The notes below the pieces were generated by a model that ran no database searches, was not told the DNA's origin, and worked only from the letters and a program-made list of their open reading frames with translations. A DNA stretch of 64,000 nt, from assembly GCF_009914755.1 (NCBI RefSeq), contig NC_060927.1; one strand, written 5' to 3'. The DNA is from the human T2T-CHM13v2.0 reference genome, Homo sapiens. Below, in pieces: positions 13,534 through 31,137 of this stretch; position 1 is the first letter of the stretch, and each line of letters begins with the position of its first letter. A program made the position numbers and the translations under genes.

Positions 13534-14987
13534 ATTTCAACTTTTTATGGATAGAATTACATTTTCCCTTGTATCGTTGCTCTCTGAGCAAGTGACTGCT
13601 TCCCCCGGTAATCTGGGGCTCTGAGAGAAGAGGTTGTGTCTCTTCCACCTTCCTCTCTATAGGGTTCACCCCAGGGCTGGGCACCTGGTATTTAGTTCTG
13701 TGACCTGGACAAGTCCCATCCCTGCTCGTCAGTTAAGTGAGGGGTTGCATGAGATAATCTGTAAGGTGCAGGGTGGCTCTCTGGTCTGTAGCTCGCTAAA
13801 TGCTCACTGAATGAATACAAGGTTGGAAGAGGGCAGCCCCCATCAGAGGAGGGAGCACTGGAGGATTTGCTATTTATAGAAGCCTGAAATTCTTGGATTG
13901 CCAAGAAGTTGGAAATTCAAACTGGTTAGTCCTGTGTACCAGATTTTTCTCTTCTCGTGAATGGGAATGGCATTAAGTGACTCAGAGTAGTTGGCACAAG
14001 GACACAATCTCTGTTCTTCAAAGTTGGCACTAAGAGCTCCTCCTGCGGTTCCCCTTCCTCTCCTCGAGCAGCAAAGGCGTGGTCCACAATGCCCACCCTG
14101 TGGGGTCTAGGGGTGCCCGGCTTGCTGACCTCCAGGCCCCCTCTGTGGCGAGGTTTGGACTGCATACATGGTGCAGGCCCCTCATCACTGGAGCTGCCAG
14201 GACAGCACTGGAGACCCTAAGCCAATACCTATTTTTGGCAATAATTATCAAGCATTTGTAAAAGCCCGGGTATGCTGGCAAATCTTTTTAAAATAAGAGC
14301 TTATTGTCTCCTCAGATTCCTGGCAGTGACCCAGCACGGTACAGTAGCTGTGATTCAAAGTGTGTAGGCACCCAGGGCCTGCGATGAGTCTTGGCAGCTG
14401 TTTAGTTCTCCCTCCTTGAACCCAGAGGGTCACAGCCACCGAGAGGAGGCATCCACACCCCATTCCCTCAGTCTTCCAGAATGCCACTGTGACCACATAG
14501 CTGCGGGCTTCTCTGCCTTGTAGACACGGGCAACCATCAAGGCCAAGGCATTTGGCGGGAAGCTCCAGAGCTGGGGTCGGGGCAGGGAGGGGCCACGCTG
14601 GGACTCTGCTGGCCCAGTACGGGGGCAGATGCTGTCTTAAGGGCTGGCAGAATGGGGAGAAGGGGTCCAGAGGGGAGAGGAGATGAGGGATGCCCCAGCT
14701 GACAGAGGCCCAGCTGGGCTACTGACTCACTGTGGCTCTTAATCTCCTGTGGAGGGCAGGCCCAGCTCCTGGGAGCCTGGAGGGCTTAGCAGTGTTTGCA
14801 CAGCTACAGAAGTAGGGCCTGTGGGCTGGCACGAAGCCCTGCTGGGCCACAGACAGGAGGGTAGGAGAGCGGAGCAGGGCAAGAGAGAGGAGTGAGACGC
14901 AGGATGAGTTCCCTGGAGAGGGAGAAGTGAGCCTCACCAACCTGCAAAGGGAGTGTTTGCAGAGAGACTGACAGAGAGATGAAGCCT

Positions 14988-15018
14988 GGGTGGGGGTGGG
15001 TGGGGGCGGGTGGGGGGG
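14988..15018 (+). other. G-quadruplex-forming motif
   Basis: gggtgggggtgggtgggggcgggtggggggg has six G-runs with 1-nt loops. Confidence 0.75.
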
Positions 15019-16366
15019 AGAGTCAGGTAAATCAATATGCATGAGGCCAGTCCAGACTGTGCACCCCGGTCTAGAAAGAGACGGGTTGTGCATTTTTCAG
15101 CTTTTCATAACTGGGCCAAAGACTTCAATTTTCCCAATAAAATGTATGGGACCTGCTCAAGAGCCTAATAAGTTGAATACATAAACAGAAACTCCAGGTC
15201 CACTTCTGAACCCTCATTCTCTCCCTTTCTGTCTCCTTCACTCCACCGCCTGCCCTCTGACGGCCCCTGGTCGTCACTTAGTTCTCTCCTCTGTCTCATT
15301 GTACAAAAAAGAGATGGGAATAAAAATGCCTCCCTTTTACCTTGCTCTCCAAATGCTGAGAGAGTGATGAGTAGAGACCCAGAATGGAGCACGTGTGTTC
15401 CAAGGCTCTGTGTACAATGCTGAGCTTTGGCACAAAATGTGTGGCATGGAGATGATGTTCGAAAGAGTTTCAGGAGGGTTTCTCTTCTTCAGGAGGGTTT
15501 CTCTCTCCTATACATCTTGTTGCTCTGGGGCTTCCCATTCAGGGGGTTTCAATGCTTCAGGGAAGGAGCTCAAATCTGCCATTGCTGAGGTTTCACTGTC
15601 GAATTAAATTTTCGTGAATCCCAAACATGACAATAGGCTCAAAAGCCAAGTGCTAAGGAGAGGGGATTTTCTAGAAGCCTGGAGGATTAGATCACAGAGT
15701 TTTGTGTATGGGAGATCCCTGCAAGGCAGGAAGGGGGAGGGGGAGGCAGCTCTTTTATTTCCAAGGATGGTGGGAAAGGGGGAGGTGGGCATTCAGATGA
15801 GCACGGGTCTTCCTGGGTTCCAGTCTGGGAGGAGATGTGTTCAATAAGTTGAGGGGAGCACTCTGTTCTCGGGTATTTGGGGTATTATTTGCAAAGGATA
15901 TTTGGTCTATTTGCCAAGGTATTTGGGGGTATCTGTGGCCACATCAAAGAAAATGCAGCATATACCATGGGAAGTCTCTGCATACTCTAGAGGCTGATAT
16001 GGAACTTAGCTGACAGCCCGGCTGGTATCTTGGGAGTTGGGGGAGAGGTTTGTGCCTGGTATTGTAGCCAAGAGCAGACGGCCTGAGTAAGTCTGTATGG
16101 AAGTTCAGCCAGACCTCGGGACCTGTGGGGCACAGAGAAAATCCTGAAGGAGACAAGTCAGAGACAACTGAGCCCTGGCCAGACGGCAGCAGAACATCCA
16201 TCTATTACCTGTGGCCCAGAGCAAGCCCTTGGGCTAGAAGCTGGTAAACCCAGCTGCACAGTTGACTCCCCTGTGGATGAGTCCCAGATGCCCAGGCTCC
16301 ATGCCTAAAGGTTTGGATGGAATTGGCCTGGCACTGGTATCTTTTTAGAAAGCTACCCAGGGCTTA

Positions 16367-16903
<537 letters not shown>

Positions 16904-16949
16904 CTCCACTCTCCTCTCCAGGTAGGTCCCTTCCCTGGGCCCAATTTTT

Positions 16950-17371
16950 CTTTTTCTTCTTTTCCTTTCCCTTCCCTTCCCTTCCCTTCCCTTCCCTTCC
17001 CTTCCCTTCCCTTCCCTTCCCTTCCCACCCCCCTCCCCCTTCTCTCCCCGCTTCCCTTCCCCTCCCCTTTCCCCATCCATCCTTCCCTTCCTTTTTCTTT
17101 CTTTCTGACAGGATCTCACTCTGTCGCACAAGCTGAAGTGCAGTGGCATGATCACAGCTCCCTGCAACCTTGACCTCCTAGGCTCAAGTGATCCTCCCAC
17201 CCACCTCAGCCTCTGAGTAGCTGGCACCACTGTGCCCTGCTAATTTTTTATTTTTTGTAGAGATGGGGTTTCACCATGTTGCCCAGGCTGGTCTCAAACT
17301 CCTGGGCTCAAGCCATCTGCCCGCCTTGGCCTCCCAAAGCACTAGTGTTAAAGGAGCCACCGTGCCTGGCC
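16950..17371 (-). mobile_element. AluJ whose tail has expanded into a (CTTCC)n microsatellite
   Basis: The TSD cctgggcccaRttttt (16934-16949 / 17372-17387) encloses both the pyrimidine tract and the Alu. Confidence 0.9.
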
Positions 17372-18275
17372 CCTGGGCCCAGTTTTTAGAAGTAACCCCA
17401 GCTATGAGTCCCTCTACTTTGGAAGCCATCTGAAGAGCACAGATGAAAGTTTCATGGGGCCAAGGGACCAGCTGGGGAATCGGTTTGGGAAAAGAGTTGG
17501 CAGAAAACCAAAAAATGAGCAGATTAAATTACTACCTTAACCACTTTGCTGGTTTCTGGGATGAGAACGACATGACATGACTATTAGCTGCCAGATGCAG
17601 CTTCGTCATTTCTACCAGCTCTCCAAAGCCATGACATTTTGGTTTACTGACTGTAGGGGAGGGTGGACTAGGTCCAGGGTTCTTTAGAAAGGAATTCAAG
17701 TTACACAAACCAATGTGTGTTCACGGTCTGTTGCAGTCTCAAAGAAAAAGTGTGTGTGCCTGCCTCCAAATAGCATGTGGGTGAGACTCGGGGGGCCTTG
17801 CATGGCTCCTGGTTGCTCATCATCTGTCTCACCCAGAAATCCATCCCAGCCATGGTGAATCAGAATTGTCACCATGGAAGGCAGACCTTTGAGAAGCATT
17901 TGGAACCGCTCAGTTTGTTAGTGTGAGCTCAGGGCTCCAGTGAATGGTCCAGTACTGTGCATAAGCCCAGGGCTTGACACGCTAGAACAAATGTGTCCTT
18001 TGTAAATAAGAAGTGACCTTTGTTTCCCTCTGCCCCAGCGTCCCCCTACCCTTGCTTCATCCTGGCCTCAGTACTGACCCTGGATCCCCCAGACAGAAAC
18101 CTGACCTGGCCTTGCCAATGGAATTGGACACCCTAAGCCACGAGAGAGCTGGGATGGGGGCATCACTCCGTGTTCGAATACAAAGTCCTTCTTATTGGGA
18201 TAAGAGCGAGGGCCCTGGCCTGTAGGAGCAGAACTGTGTTCTAAACTGCCAGAGCACCTTCTAAAGCCTGGTTTT

Positions 18276-18562
<287 letters not shown>

Positions 18563-20240
18563 AAAGCCTGGTTCTGTTTCTATCACCCCTTTCTCAGCTT
18601 TGGCAGTGGTAGGAAAGTTATCGCAGAGGAAGGGTTGGTAGACAGGGGACTAGCATCTGGTCACGCCACTGACTCCCAGCTGCTGCTTAGGGTCCTGTCG
18701 GCAGCCTCTGGCCCAGGTCACAAACCTTCAAATCCTGAAGCAATTTCCTTTAGAATAATCAATCATTTGAGGTCTGACTTCCTTCAGATCTGATGGCTTA
18801 TTCAGGTCTACTGTAGAGGGGATCTGCCTGTTCTCTGGGCTCTGGAGGTGATTAACATGTGAGCAGCTGTGGAAGCTCTCTAATGAACTAGGCCACTTAA
18901 GCTCAAGGAGTTCTTTCTCTCTCTGCGGTAATTTCTGCTGAGAGAAGCAGCATCAATGACCCATAAAACTCAAGAGCTTTTTCCCTTACCCATTTGCTGG
19001 GATCTATTAATCTCATACCATAGCCAGCAGCTAACCCATCTGCAAGACACCTGGTCTTGATTTAATTAATGTGCAAAGCCAAAGAACATCAGGCAGGTAA
19101 AAATCTGCAATTAACAACTGTCTCTCAAGATTTTCTTTGTTGGGTCCTGCTTCTCCCCCTTTCAGGCAGAGGGAGGGATGAGAAGGAATCAAAGGCAAAT
19201 ACAGTTTAATTCCATCTTGAGTAATTGCTCCGGAAAGGCTCTAAAAGAATTGCTGGCTGTTTAACTCAGCAATTTGAACTTGCATTTAGGAACATCATCA
19301 AACTGTAAGTGCTTTGATCTTTTTTATGCTTCTGTACATAAGAAAACCAAACACGCCCAATTCCTATGCTGTGTTGTCATAAGAATTAGAAACTCTTGGC
19401 ACACAGCTGTCAGTAAGAGGTTCGGGAGGGGCTGGCTTTTCTTGAAGGAGGAAACAGCTGAATGCCTCAGAGTGAGCATCAAAAGACAGGCCAGGAGGCT
19501 GGAGCTCTGGACTCTGTTCCCAGTGGCTCCCGAGATGACACTGGGCAGGACATGCCCCTTCCTGGCCTTCATTTTCTAGTCTGTAAAAGAAGGGAGTGGA
19601 ACCAGATGGTTTCCATATTTTGAAGTCCTCCCTCCCCAAACCCCTAGGCTCTGCCATTCTTTGCTTCTAGGAAACACATTCCTTTCTCACACCGCAAACC
19701 CAGAGGTGAGGGAGGTTAGGCAATGGCAAAGGTAACTAGGCACAGAAACTTGCTCTGCGGGCTCGATTAGCAACACATTTCAGGAAAAGGTCAGCAACTG
19801 TGGATTCTGAGATTTCTTTGAACAGTTACACCTTGGATAGAGTGTAGAACCTGTAGCCACAGAGGACAGCAAAATTAACTGGCCTGGGTCGGGGATGTTT
19901 GGGGCACCTGTGAGCTCAGCCTTAATCAGCGTCACATGCTCTGCAGAAACACTAGAAACCCACCAGGGTTTTAGGCAATCAAAAGCAATGCCATTGCTTT
20001 CCGTGTTATTGTACGCTCTTCTTCTTTTGGGGTGGGAGAGCAGAACTGGGACAACAGGGGCAGTAACCTGTTCATTCATTTCTCTGCTCATGCATTCACT
20101 CAGCAGATGCTAAACACCTACTATACACAGGCCCTAGGGATGCGTAGGAACTGGATGAAGCATGGCCCAGAGGCTGCCAATGGTTCTCTGAGCTTCGCTT
20201 CTTTGACACTTTCGGGTTATGTATTAGATCTGTAATAAGA

Positions 20241-20553
20241 GGCTGGGCGCAGTGGCTCACACCTGTAATCCCAGCACTTGAGGAGGCTGAGGCAGGAGAA
20301 TCGCTTTAGCCCAGGAGTTTAAGACCAGCCTGGGCAACATGACGAAATCCCATCTGTAAAAAAAAAAAGCTTTTTTAAAATTAGCCAAGTGTGGTGGCAC
20401 GTGCCTGTAGCCCCAGCTACTCAGGAGGCCGAGGTGGCAGCATCACCTGAATGTGGGGTCGGGTTGGGGTCGAGGCTGTAGGGAGCTGTGATTGCACCAT
20501 TGCACTCCAGCCTGGGTGACAGAGTGAAACCCTGACTCAAAAAAAAAAAAAAA
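20241..20553 (+). mobile_element. AluJ
   Basis: Dimeric Alu, TSD atctgtaaYaaga. Confidence 0.9.
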
Positions 20554-21412
20554 ATCTGTAACAAGAGAAAGCCATTCACAAGGAAACGTATCTTTTTTCT
20601 AGCTCTTAATGAATAATGAGCCGGACAACCACAGGTCCTTAACTAAGTACGCTTATCACTGTCGGTAGAGTTCCTATTTGTCCTTCAGAGTCCACCTACT
20701 TCCCCTGGAAAGCCTCTCCTCGTATTTCCGGGCAGACATGATCTCTCTGTCTTCTGGTCATCAGTAGCATTTGGTTGGTCCCACTCAGCTGGCTGACGCT
20801 CAACTAGCACGATTTTTTATTGTGCCTGTGTTTTTCCTCCTTTAGACTGGTAGCTCCTCAAGGGCAGAGACTATTGAGGCAGAAGAAGAATGAGACCATG
20901 AGGAAGTGGTCAGTATCCTGGCTATGAGTCTGTATTAGTCTCTAAGTTTTACCATGCAGGGAAACTGGGTAAAGAATACAAAGGATCCCTCTGGGTTATT
21001 TAGTACTACTGCGGATTCATCTACAATTATTTCAGAAAGTTTCATTAGAAAAAGATGCATGGACTCATAAAGCCTCAAAGTTGAAAGCAACTCAAGAGGT
21101 CACTTAGCCCTGTCATTCTCCAACATGTGAATTTCTGTGACTGCGTCTCACCCACAGATTCACCCAGCCTCCTTTTCAAATTCTAGTAAGGGAGAATTCA
21201 CTGTCTCATGAGAAACAGCATTACTTTTTAAGACAATTCCATTTTGAGACAAAATTGGCCAGGCTGTAACTTCCTTCTTGGGCCCACGTGAATGCATTGG
21301 TCTCTTATCCCCATGACAACCCTTCGGGTATGTAAAGGTGATCGTTATGGCCTTCTGGGTCTCCTCCAGGCTGCAGGGTTTCAGTTCTCTGAATTTACCT
21401 CCATAATTTTGA

Positions 21413-21812
<400 letters not shown>

Positions 21813-22876
21813 TGAACTTGCTAATGTAGTCCTTACCTGTATTCAAGCCAGTAGCATCAGTAGCGTTCTGGCCAGTAAAACACTACTGGTTTGAATACAG
21901 TTAAGAACTACATCAGCAAGTTCATACTAACTCTATACCATTGACTCATATTAAATGTGAAGTCCACAAAAACCTTTCAATCTTTTAGTTACACCAGCTG
22001 CACTCAAACTCTGCTTCCCTTATGTTGGTGATTATTGTTTCGTTTTATTTTGTTGACTCAGATGTGGGACTTTATATTTCTCTATACCTGGCTGCAGTGC
22101 CACAGATTCATCAGCTGAAAACATGCGGGAGGTAAGTCTGTGTACATGCTGCGTGGGCTGGACTGCACCCACAGCAGCGTGCCCAGAGACATATGAGTAC
22201 TTCCAGCGCTGGCAACCCTGGGGTATCGCTCATTGTTGTCGAATAGCAGAATCAGTTTATTTTTATTGCAACTATTGACTGTGGAACAGCTTAGCAGAAC
22301 CTCCTGGGTTTCACAACTCTTCCGGCTCTATTACATATGCGTAACGATGCCAGCCTGGCTCCCATCCTCTCTCCCCATCCCCACAGAGATGCCTACGGGG
22401 AATGAGAGCATCGGGTTAAAGCCCCGTGTTAAGCATCTGGGCTCAGGGAGACAGGGAGGATGTGTCTGTGGGAACTTAAAGGGCACAGCCATCTCACCCA
22501 CAAATAAATGAGAGGAGAAGGCAAGGATTGTAGCCTGTTTGGAGCACAGCGGGAAACATCACCTGCTTATGTAAAACCTGTGAGATTCAGCTCTTTCTGG
22601 GAAGGCATAAACTCAGTCTAGAGCCCCAAGCTTCATCTTACCCTGTGTTCTTTTCCTTTGCTTATCTCAGCATCAGAGCACTGTTGTGTTGGCCCATGAG
22701 AGAGCAGGGGAAGTATATCCTCATCTCTCCCCGCATTTAAACACCTGCAAATGCATTTGAACCAGGGCCTGAAGTAGAGGCGGGATTCTGACAACAGCTA
22801 AAGAGGAAGGGCACACCAAGAAGACAGGTCAGTTGTGTCAAGATTGTGGCAGGAATGGAATCCAGGATAATAGGAG

Positions 22877-22968
22877 CCTGGGAGGCCAAGGCTGCAGTGA
22901 GCCAAGATTGGACCACTGCACTCCAACCAGGGCAACAGAGCAAGACCCTGTCTCAAACAAAAACAAAA
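22877..22968 (+). mobile_element. 5'-truncated AluJ fragment
   Basis: cctgggaggccaaggctgcagtgagcc...gtctcaaacaaaaac. Confidence 0.85.
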
Positions 22969-23174
22969 GCCCCAAATGCATGCCTACATGATGCCTTCCT
23001 GAGTTCTTTCGATGAGTGTAATCTCTCTCTTCTCTGTGTTTCTCTCTTCTGTCTGAGCAAAGCCATCATTTGCAAGCTCCACCATCCTGACAGGGTTCAC
23101 AGAGGAGTGTTACACTTGGTATTGGGACTTGCCTCATGTGGACCCTATTTTGCCCCGCTTCCAGCTAGTCTATG

Positions 23175-23912
<738 letters not shown>

Positions 23913-24884
23913 TATAGCATCCCACCCCACTTACGCTTGGCCTCCATGGGCTTCCCCCTCTCCGTGCCTCTCTACCCTCCAGCCCACTGCCTTAGCTCCC
24001 AGCCTCTTGGCTTGTCCCTCCTGCCTTGCCCTGACCCAACCTCCTGAGAGGCTTTTCTGGCACTGCCCTGACAGGCAGGCATGTCAGGGGCAGAGTACTG
24101 GGGGTCAGGCTGGCATTTCCAGATTCTGTTTGCTTTCAGCTCCAACCCTTGCTCGTTGGGTATTAGACACTAAGCACTTCGTGTCTCCTGAGCCATCATC
24201 TCGTCAACTTGGTCTCCCAGTAACTTACTCATAGCAGGCCCTTAATCAACGTGTCTAGATCCCCATCCCAGGATTCCTAGAGCTCCACAATGAGTCCTGA
24301 ATGGTGCCAAATGCTGTGGGCTCATTACTAGCTTTTCCCAGTTATTGAAGCCTATCCAGCTGGAAAACGCAATTGGATCAATAAATCAACTTGCCAAATG
24401 CTTCCCAACTGGGGCTCTTCCAAGAAGTTTTTCTCTCCAGTAAAACGGGGAGCATTATGGCATCCAGTCCTACTCAGTCCCAGGCACCTCAGCTTCCCTG
24501 AGATGAGCTATGCCCACCTACGACCTTGAAGTGTTAAGTGACACACCCAGAGCAGGTTAAGTCTTAATCACTGATCCGAGAAGAAAGACTTGGTTAGTAC
24601 TGTAATTCCAGTAACACTTAAAAATAACTTCTCCTGGGGAACTGAGTGGGAAAATTGACTGGGAAATACAATGGAACCCCTTAATTAAGCAGCTGATAAG
24701 AGAACAGGTGCACCCCCTGTGCTAGACTTTCTAGGGCGAGGAGAGCTGGAAGACTTGCTCCTGTGTACCAGAGGGCATGGTTTCACCTGCAGCATCAAAT
24801 CGGGGGAAAAGGAGACATGTTTGGGTGGGACTTTACCACCCCCTCTTCCAGTGACTAGTGTGGAGAAGATGCAATAGAGACTCA

Positions 24885-25199
<315 letters not shown>

Positions 25200-25755
25200 G
25201 GAAATCATTGGATATAGAGGACAGAGCATCAACTCAGAAGTGAGAAAACCATGTCCCGAGTAGCAGCTCCGCACTTCCTGCTTCCTGGGTGGCCATAAGC
25301 AAGTCCCCGAAGCTTCCTGGCTCATTCTCCTCATCGTCCTAGTGGGAGGAGGCGATGACGTGTTCTCTGAGCCCCTTGCAGTTGCAGCATTCTGGGAGGC
25401 TGGTGCTTTTCCATGGTCATCTGCTTCATGGTTTCCTTCAGCAGCTCTCTGCCTTTACCCCAGCCTTGCTATCCACACTTTCCGATGACTCCTCACTCCT
25501 CCCTGCCGTCTGCTCCTCCTGTCGCTGAATTAGACATTCAAGCACACTCAGAGTTTTCCATAAACACAGAATCGCATGAACAGCAAACAGAGAGGGCCTG
25601 GAGGCGGACGCAGCACGGAGCCAGGTCGCTGTGAGCCAGGCTCTGTCGCTGCCTCTCGGGCCTGTTATTTATTGGCGCCGGCTCTGAGCCCAGCCCCGTG
25701 CCGGAGCGTAGGGAAGGCAGGGAAAGGTGCTGGGGTTCCTCTGTTCATTTCAGTA

Positions 25756-27755
<2,000 letters not shown>

Positions 27756-27784
27756 TTCCCCACTCCTTGGGGAGTGTGAGCCAC

Positions 27785-27897
27785 TAGAGTGACCAACCAT
27801 CGTGGTTTGTCCAGAGCTTTATCAGTTTTTGTATTGAAAGTTTTGCATCTTGGGAAACCCCTCCGTTCTGGGAAAACCGGGATAGTTGATCACCCAG
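27785..27897 (+). mobile_element. MER81-like hAT-Blackjack MITE
   Basis: TIRs tagagtgaccaaccatc / gatagttgatcaccca, about 113 bp. Confidence 0.75.
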
Positions 27898-29018
27898 CTG
27901 GCCTGTACCTTCCTTGATCAACAGAGTGCATTAGAAATGACAGTGTACAGGTTCCCAGCCTAGGCCTCAAGGGGCTTTGACGCTTCCTCCCTTGCTGCTC
28001 TTGGGAATCTGCTGCTGCATGAACAAACCTGTGCTAGCCTGTGCTGGTTGATGAGAGACATGTGACTGGCCAGCCCATAACTCTTGCTAACAGCCTGCTA
28101 GCGGCCAGACATGTGAACGGGGCCATCCTCAATCATTCAACTGCCAGCCGACCTGCCAGCTGACTGCAGGTGCATGAGAGCCCAGCAGCACTCAGCCAAG
28201 CTGGCCCAGACCAGGAGACCTGCCCAGCCAGCCCACAGAACTGAAAGCTAAATAAATGACTGTTGTTGTAAGTCGCTATGTTTTGGAATGATGTGTTACT
28301 CATACAGGCCCACATAAAAGATGCTTTGGCCATTGTCCCCATAAGATCTTTGCTGTAGACAGGATACTCCTGCCCCACCATATTCCTATTCAATCATTCT
28401 TCATGAGAAAATCTTTACCTACTTTTTTATAATAGCCTGGCCACGGAAGCAGCCAAGAGACCATTCACTATCTCTGCCAAAAGCCGACAAAATCCTTCCT
28501 CTCATCCAAGCTCTTTGTCCTTCCCTCATCATCCACTTTTTACTGAACAAAGAGAGATGTGCTCACTACATTTAAGGGCTGAAATGGCAGGAAGAGCCCT
28601 TTCTGGCAGTGTTGCCAGACACTGTTTCTGACAGGGTCTATTTTTCTCTTGCCTCTATTTTTCTTCCTGATTACAACACACCTGGGAGAATTTCTGACTT
28701 GCTTGAAATGCTCTTTCTACAGTTGGCTGCAGCTTCTGTGCCAATACTCCTGTTCAGCCTGCATGGTTCCCTGCACGGTTGTGATGGAGATGAACTGTTT
28801 TCACACAGGAGCCTGATCATTGTAGCTTCTGTGACTGTTTCAGAGCTCTTCACAGTGTCTCACTCGGGAAACTTGAAGTCAAGCAAGAGTCTCAGGAGTC
28901 TTCTTCTGAAGGAGATCTGCTTTCTGCTGGAAAGTTCCGGCTCTTAACCCTTTCAAGAAACACTGAATTGTTACTTATTTATTTGATAATGAGGGCACAA
29001 AATATGCAGAATGTTTCG

Positions 29019-29302
29019 TTTTCCTTTTTTTTTTTTTTTTTTTTTGAGACAGAGTTTCACTACTGTTGCCCAGGCTGGAGTGCAATGGCGCGATCCGGGT
29101 TCAAGCGATTCTCCTGCCTCAGCCTCCCGAGTAGCTGGGATTACAGGCATGCGCCACCACGCCCGGCTAATTTTGTATTTTTAGTAGAGATGGGGTTTCT
29201 CCATGTTGGTCAGGCTGGTTTCAAACTCCTGACCTCAGGTGATCTGCCTGCCTCAGCCTCCCAAAGTGCTGGGATTACAGGCGTGAGCCACTGCGCCTGG
29301 CC
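29019..29302 (-). mobile_element. AluS (AluSp-like) with internal deletion
   Basis: TSD agaatgtttc. Confidence 0.95.
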
Positions 29303-29509
29303 AGAATGTTTCTTTTTCTTCCTCTATTCAGCCCTTGAGGGACCCTTTCACCTGCAAACTAGCTGCAGCACTGCCCTGGCCTCATGGACTTTGGATGGTG
29401 GAACTGATTCTTAGCCTCAGAGTGATAAGAATTCCATTCCAGGGTTCTTTCCCTAGTCCTGGATCAAGAAAGATAGAGCCATACAAAGTCAGAATTTCAA
29501 GAACTTTTG

Positions 29510-29640
29510 AAATCAACTGTCCCAATATTGCCACATTACAGATGGAGAAACTGAGGGCCAGACGTGCTCAAAGTCTGGAAGTGACCTGCCCAAGGCTGCC
29601 AGCAAGGTGGTGATGCCTAGAACCATGACCCTCTGACCCC
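29510..29640 (-). mobile_element. MIR fragment
   Basis: ttacagatggagaaactgagggccaga...aagtgacctgcccaagg. Confidence 0.75.
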
Positions 29641-30044
29641 CAGTTTGTACCATCTCAACTACCAATTGCTGCCTGCATTCTCCAGTTTTCCAATAGTGCT
29701 TTGGTTGATTTTTGAAAAATGGATTAGGAGAAGTAAAAGGAAGCCAAGGGTTTTCTGCAGACCAGCCTGTTGGGCAGCAGAGCAGAGGGCAGTGCCACCA
29801 AGGTGAGAGACCTCAGAAAGCCTCCTTCCATCTTCTCCTTGATGTGAGAATATCCATAGGACAGAAACTCAGAAAGGAAAGGGAACGAGGTCCTTCACCC
29901 ACGCCAGCATATGAACAACTGTAAGGAGGAGAACACCTTCGCCTCCTTGCCTTTTAATTTTATTTAGTAAACACATTTCTTATGAATGGACACAACTTTT
30001 CCAGAGGAAAACCCCTTAAAGAGTAAATGTCTCTGTTTCTGTTC

Positions 30045-30347
<303 letters not shown>

Positions 30348-30427
30348 TTCTGTTCCCTTTTGACTCTTCTCAAGTTTTCATGTTGTGTAACCAGTGTGAA
30401 TACTTTTCAGCTACCTTTTTTCTTTAA

Positions 30428-30821
<394 letters not shown>

Positions 30822-31077
30822 TGAGTGCATCCTAATTTGCTTTCCAATTTGCATCAGGTTGAATATTTGCAGTAGTTCTAATTCATTAGTATTAATAACA
30901 CCAATATGATTATTTTTGCATCCATAGCTCCTTTATCCCTTTGGGTTTATTTATTCAGGGTGTGCTTCTGTATCCGTAGGTAGAATGATTCAATCAAGGT
31001 GAGGTCTCGGCTCTTGCTATTACCTTGCCAGATTATTATCCGGAAAGATGCAACCAATTTGTAGGGTCTCCAGTACC

Positions 31078-31079
31078 AT

Positions 31080-31118
<39 letters not shown>

Positions 31119-31131
31119 TTCATTTATTTTT
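31078..31131. repeat. (TTTA)n microsatellite abutting the 28-bp array
   Basis: About 12 copies followed by tttttggagac. Confidence 0.95.
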
Positions 31132-31137
31132 GGAGAC

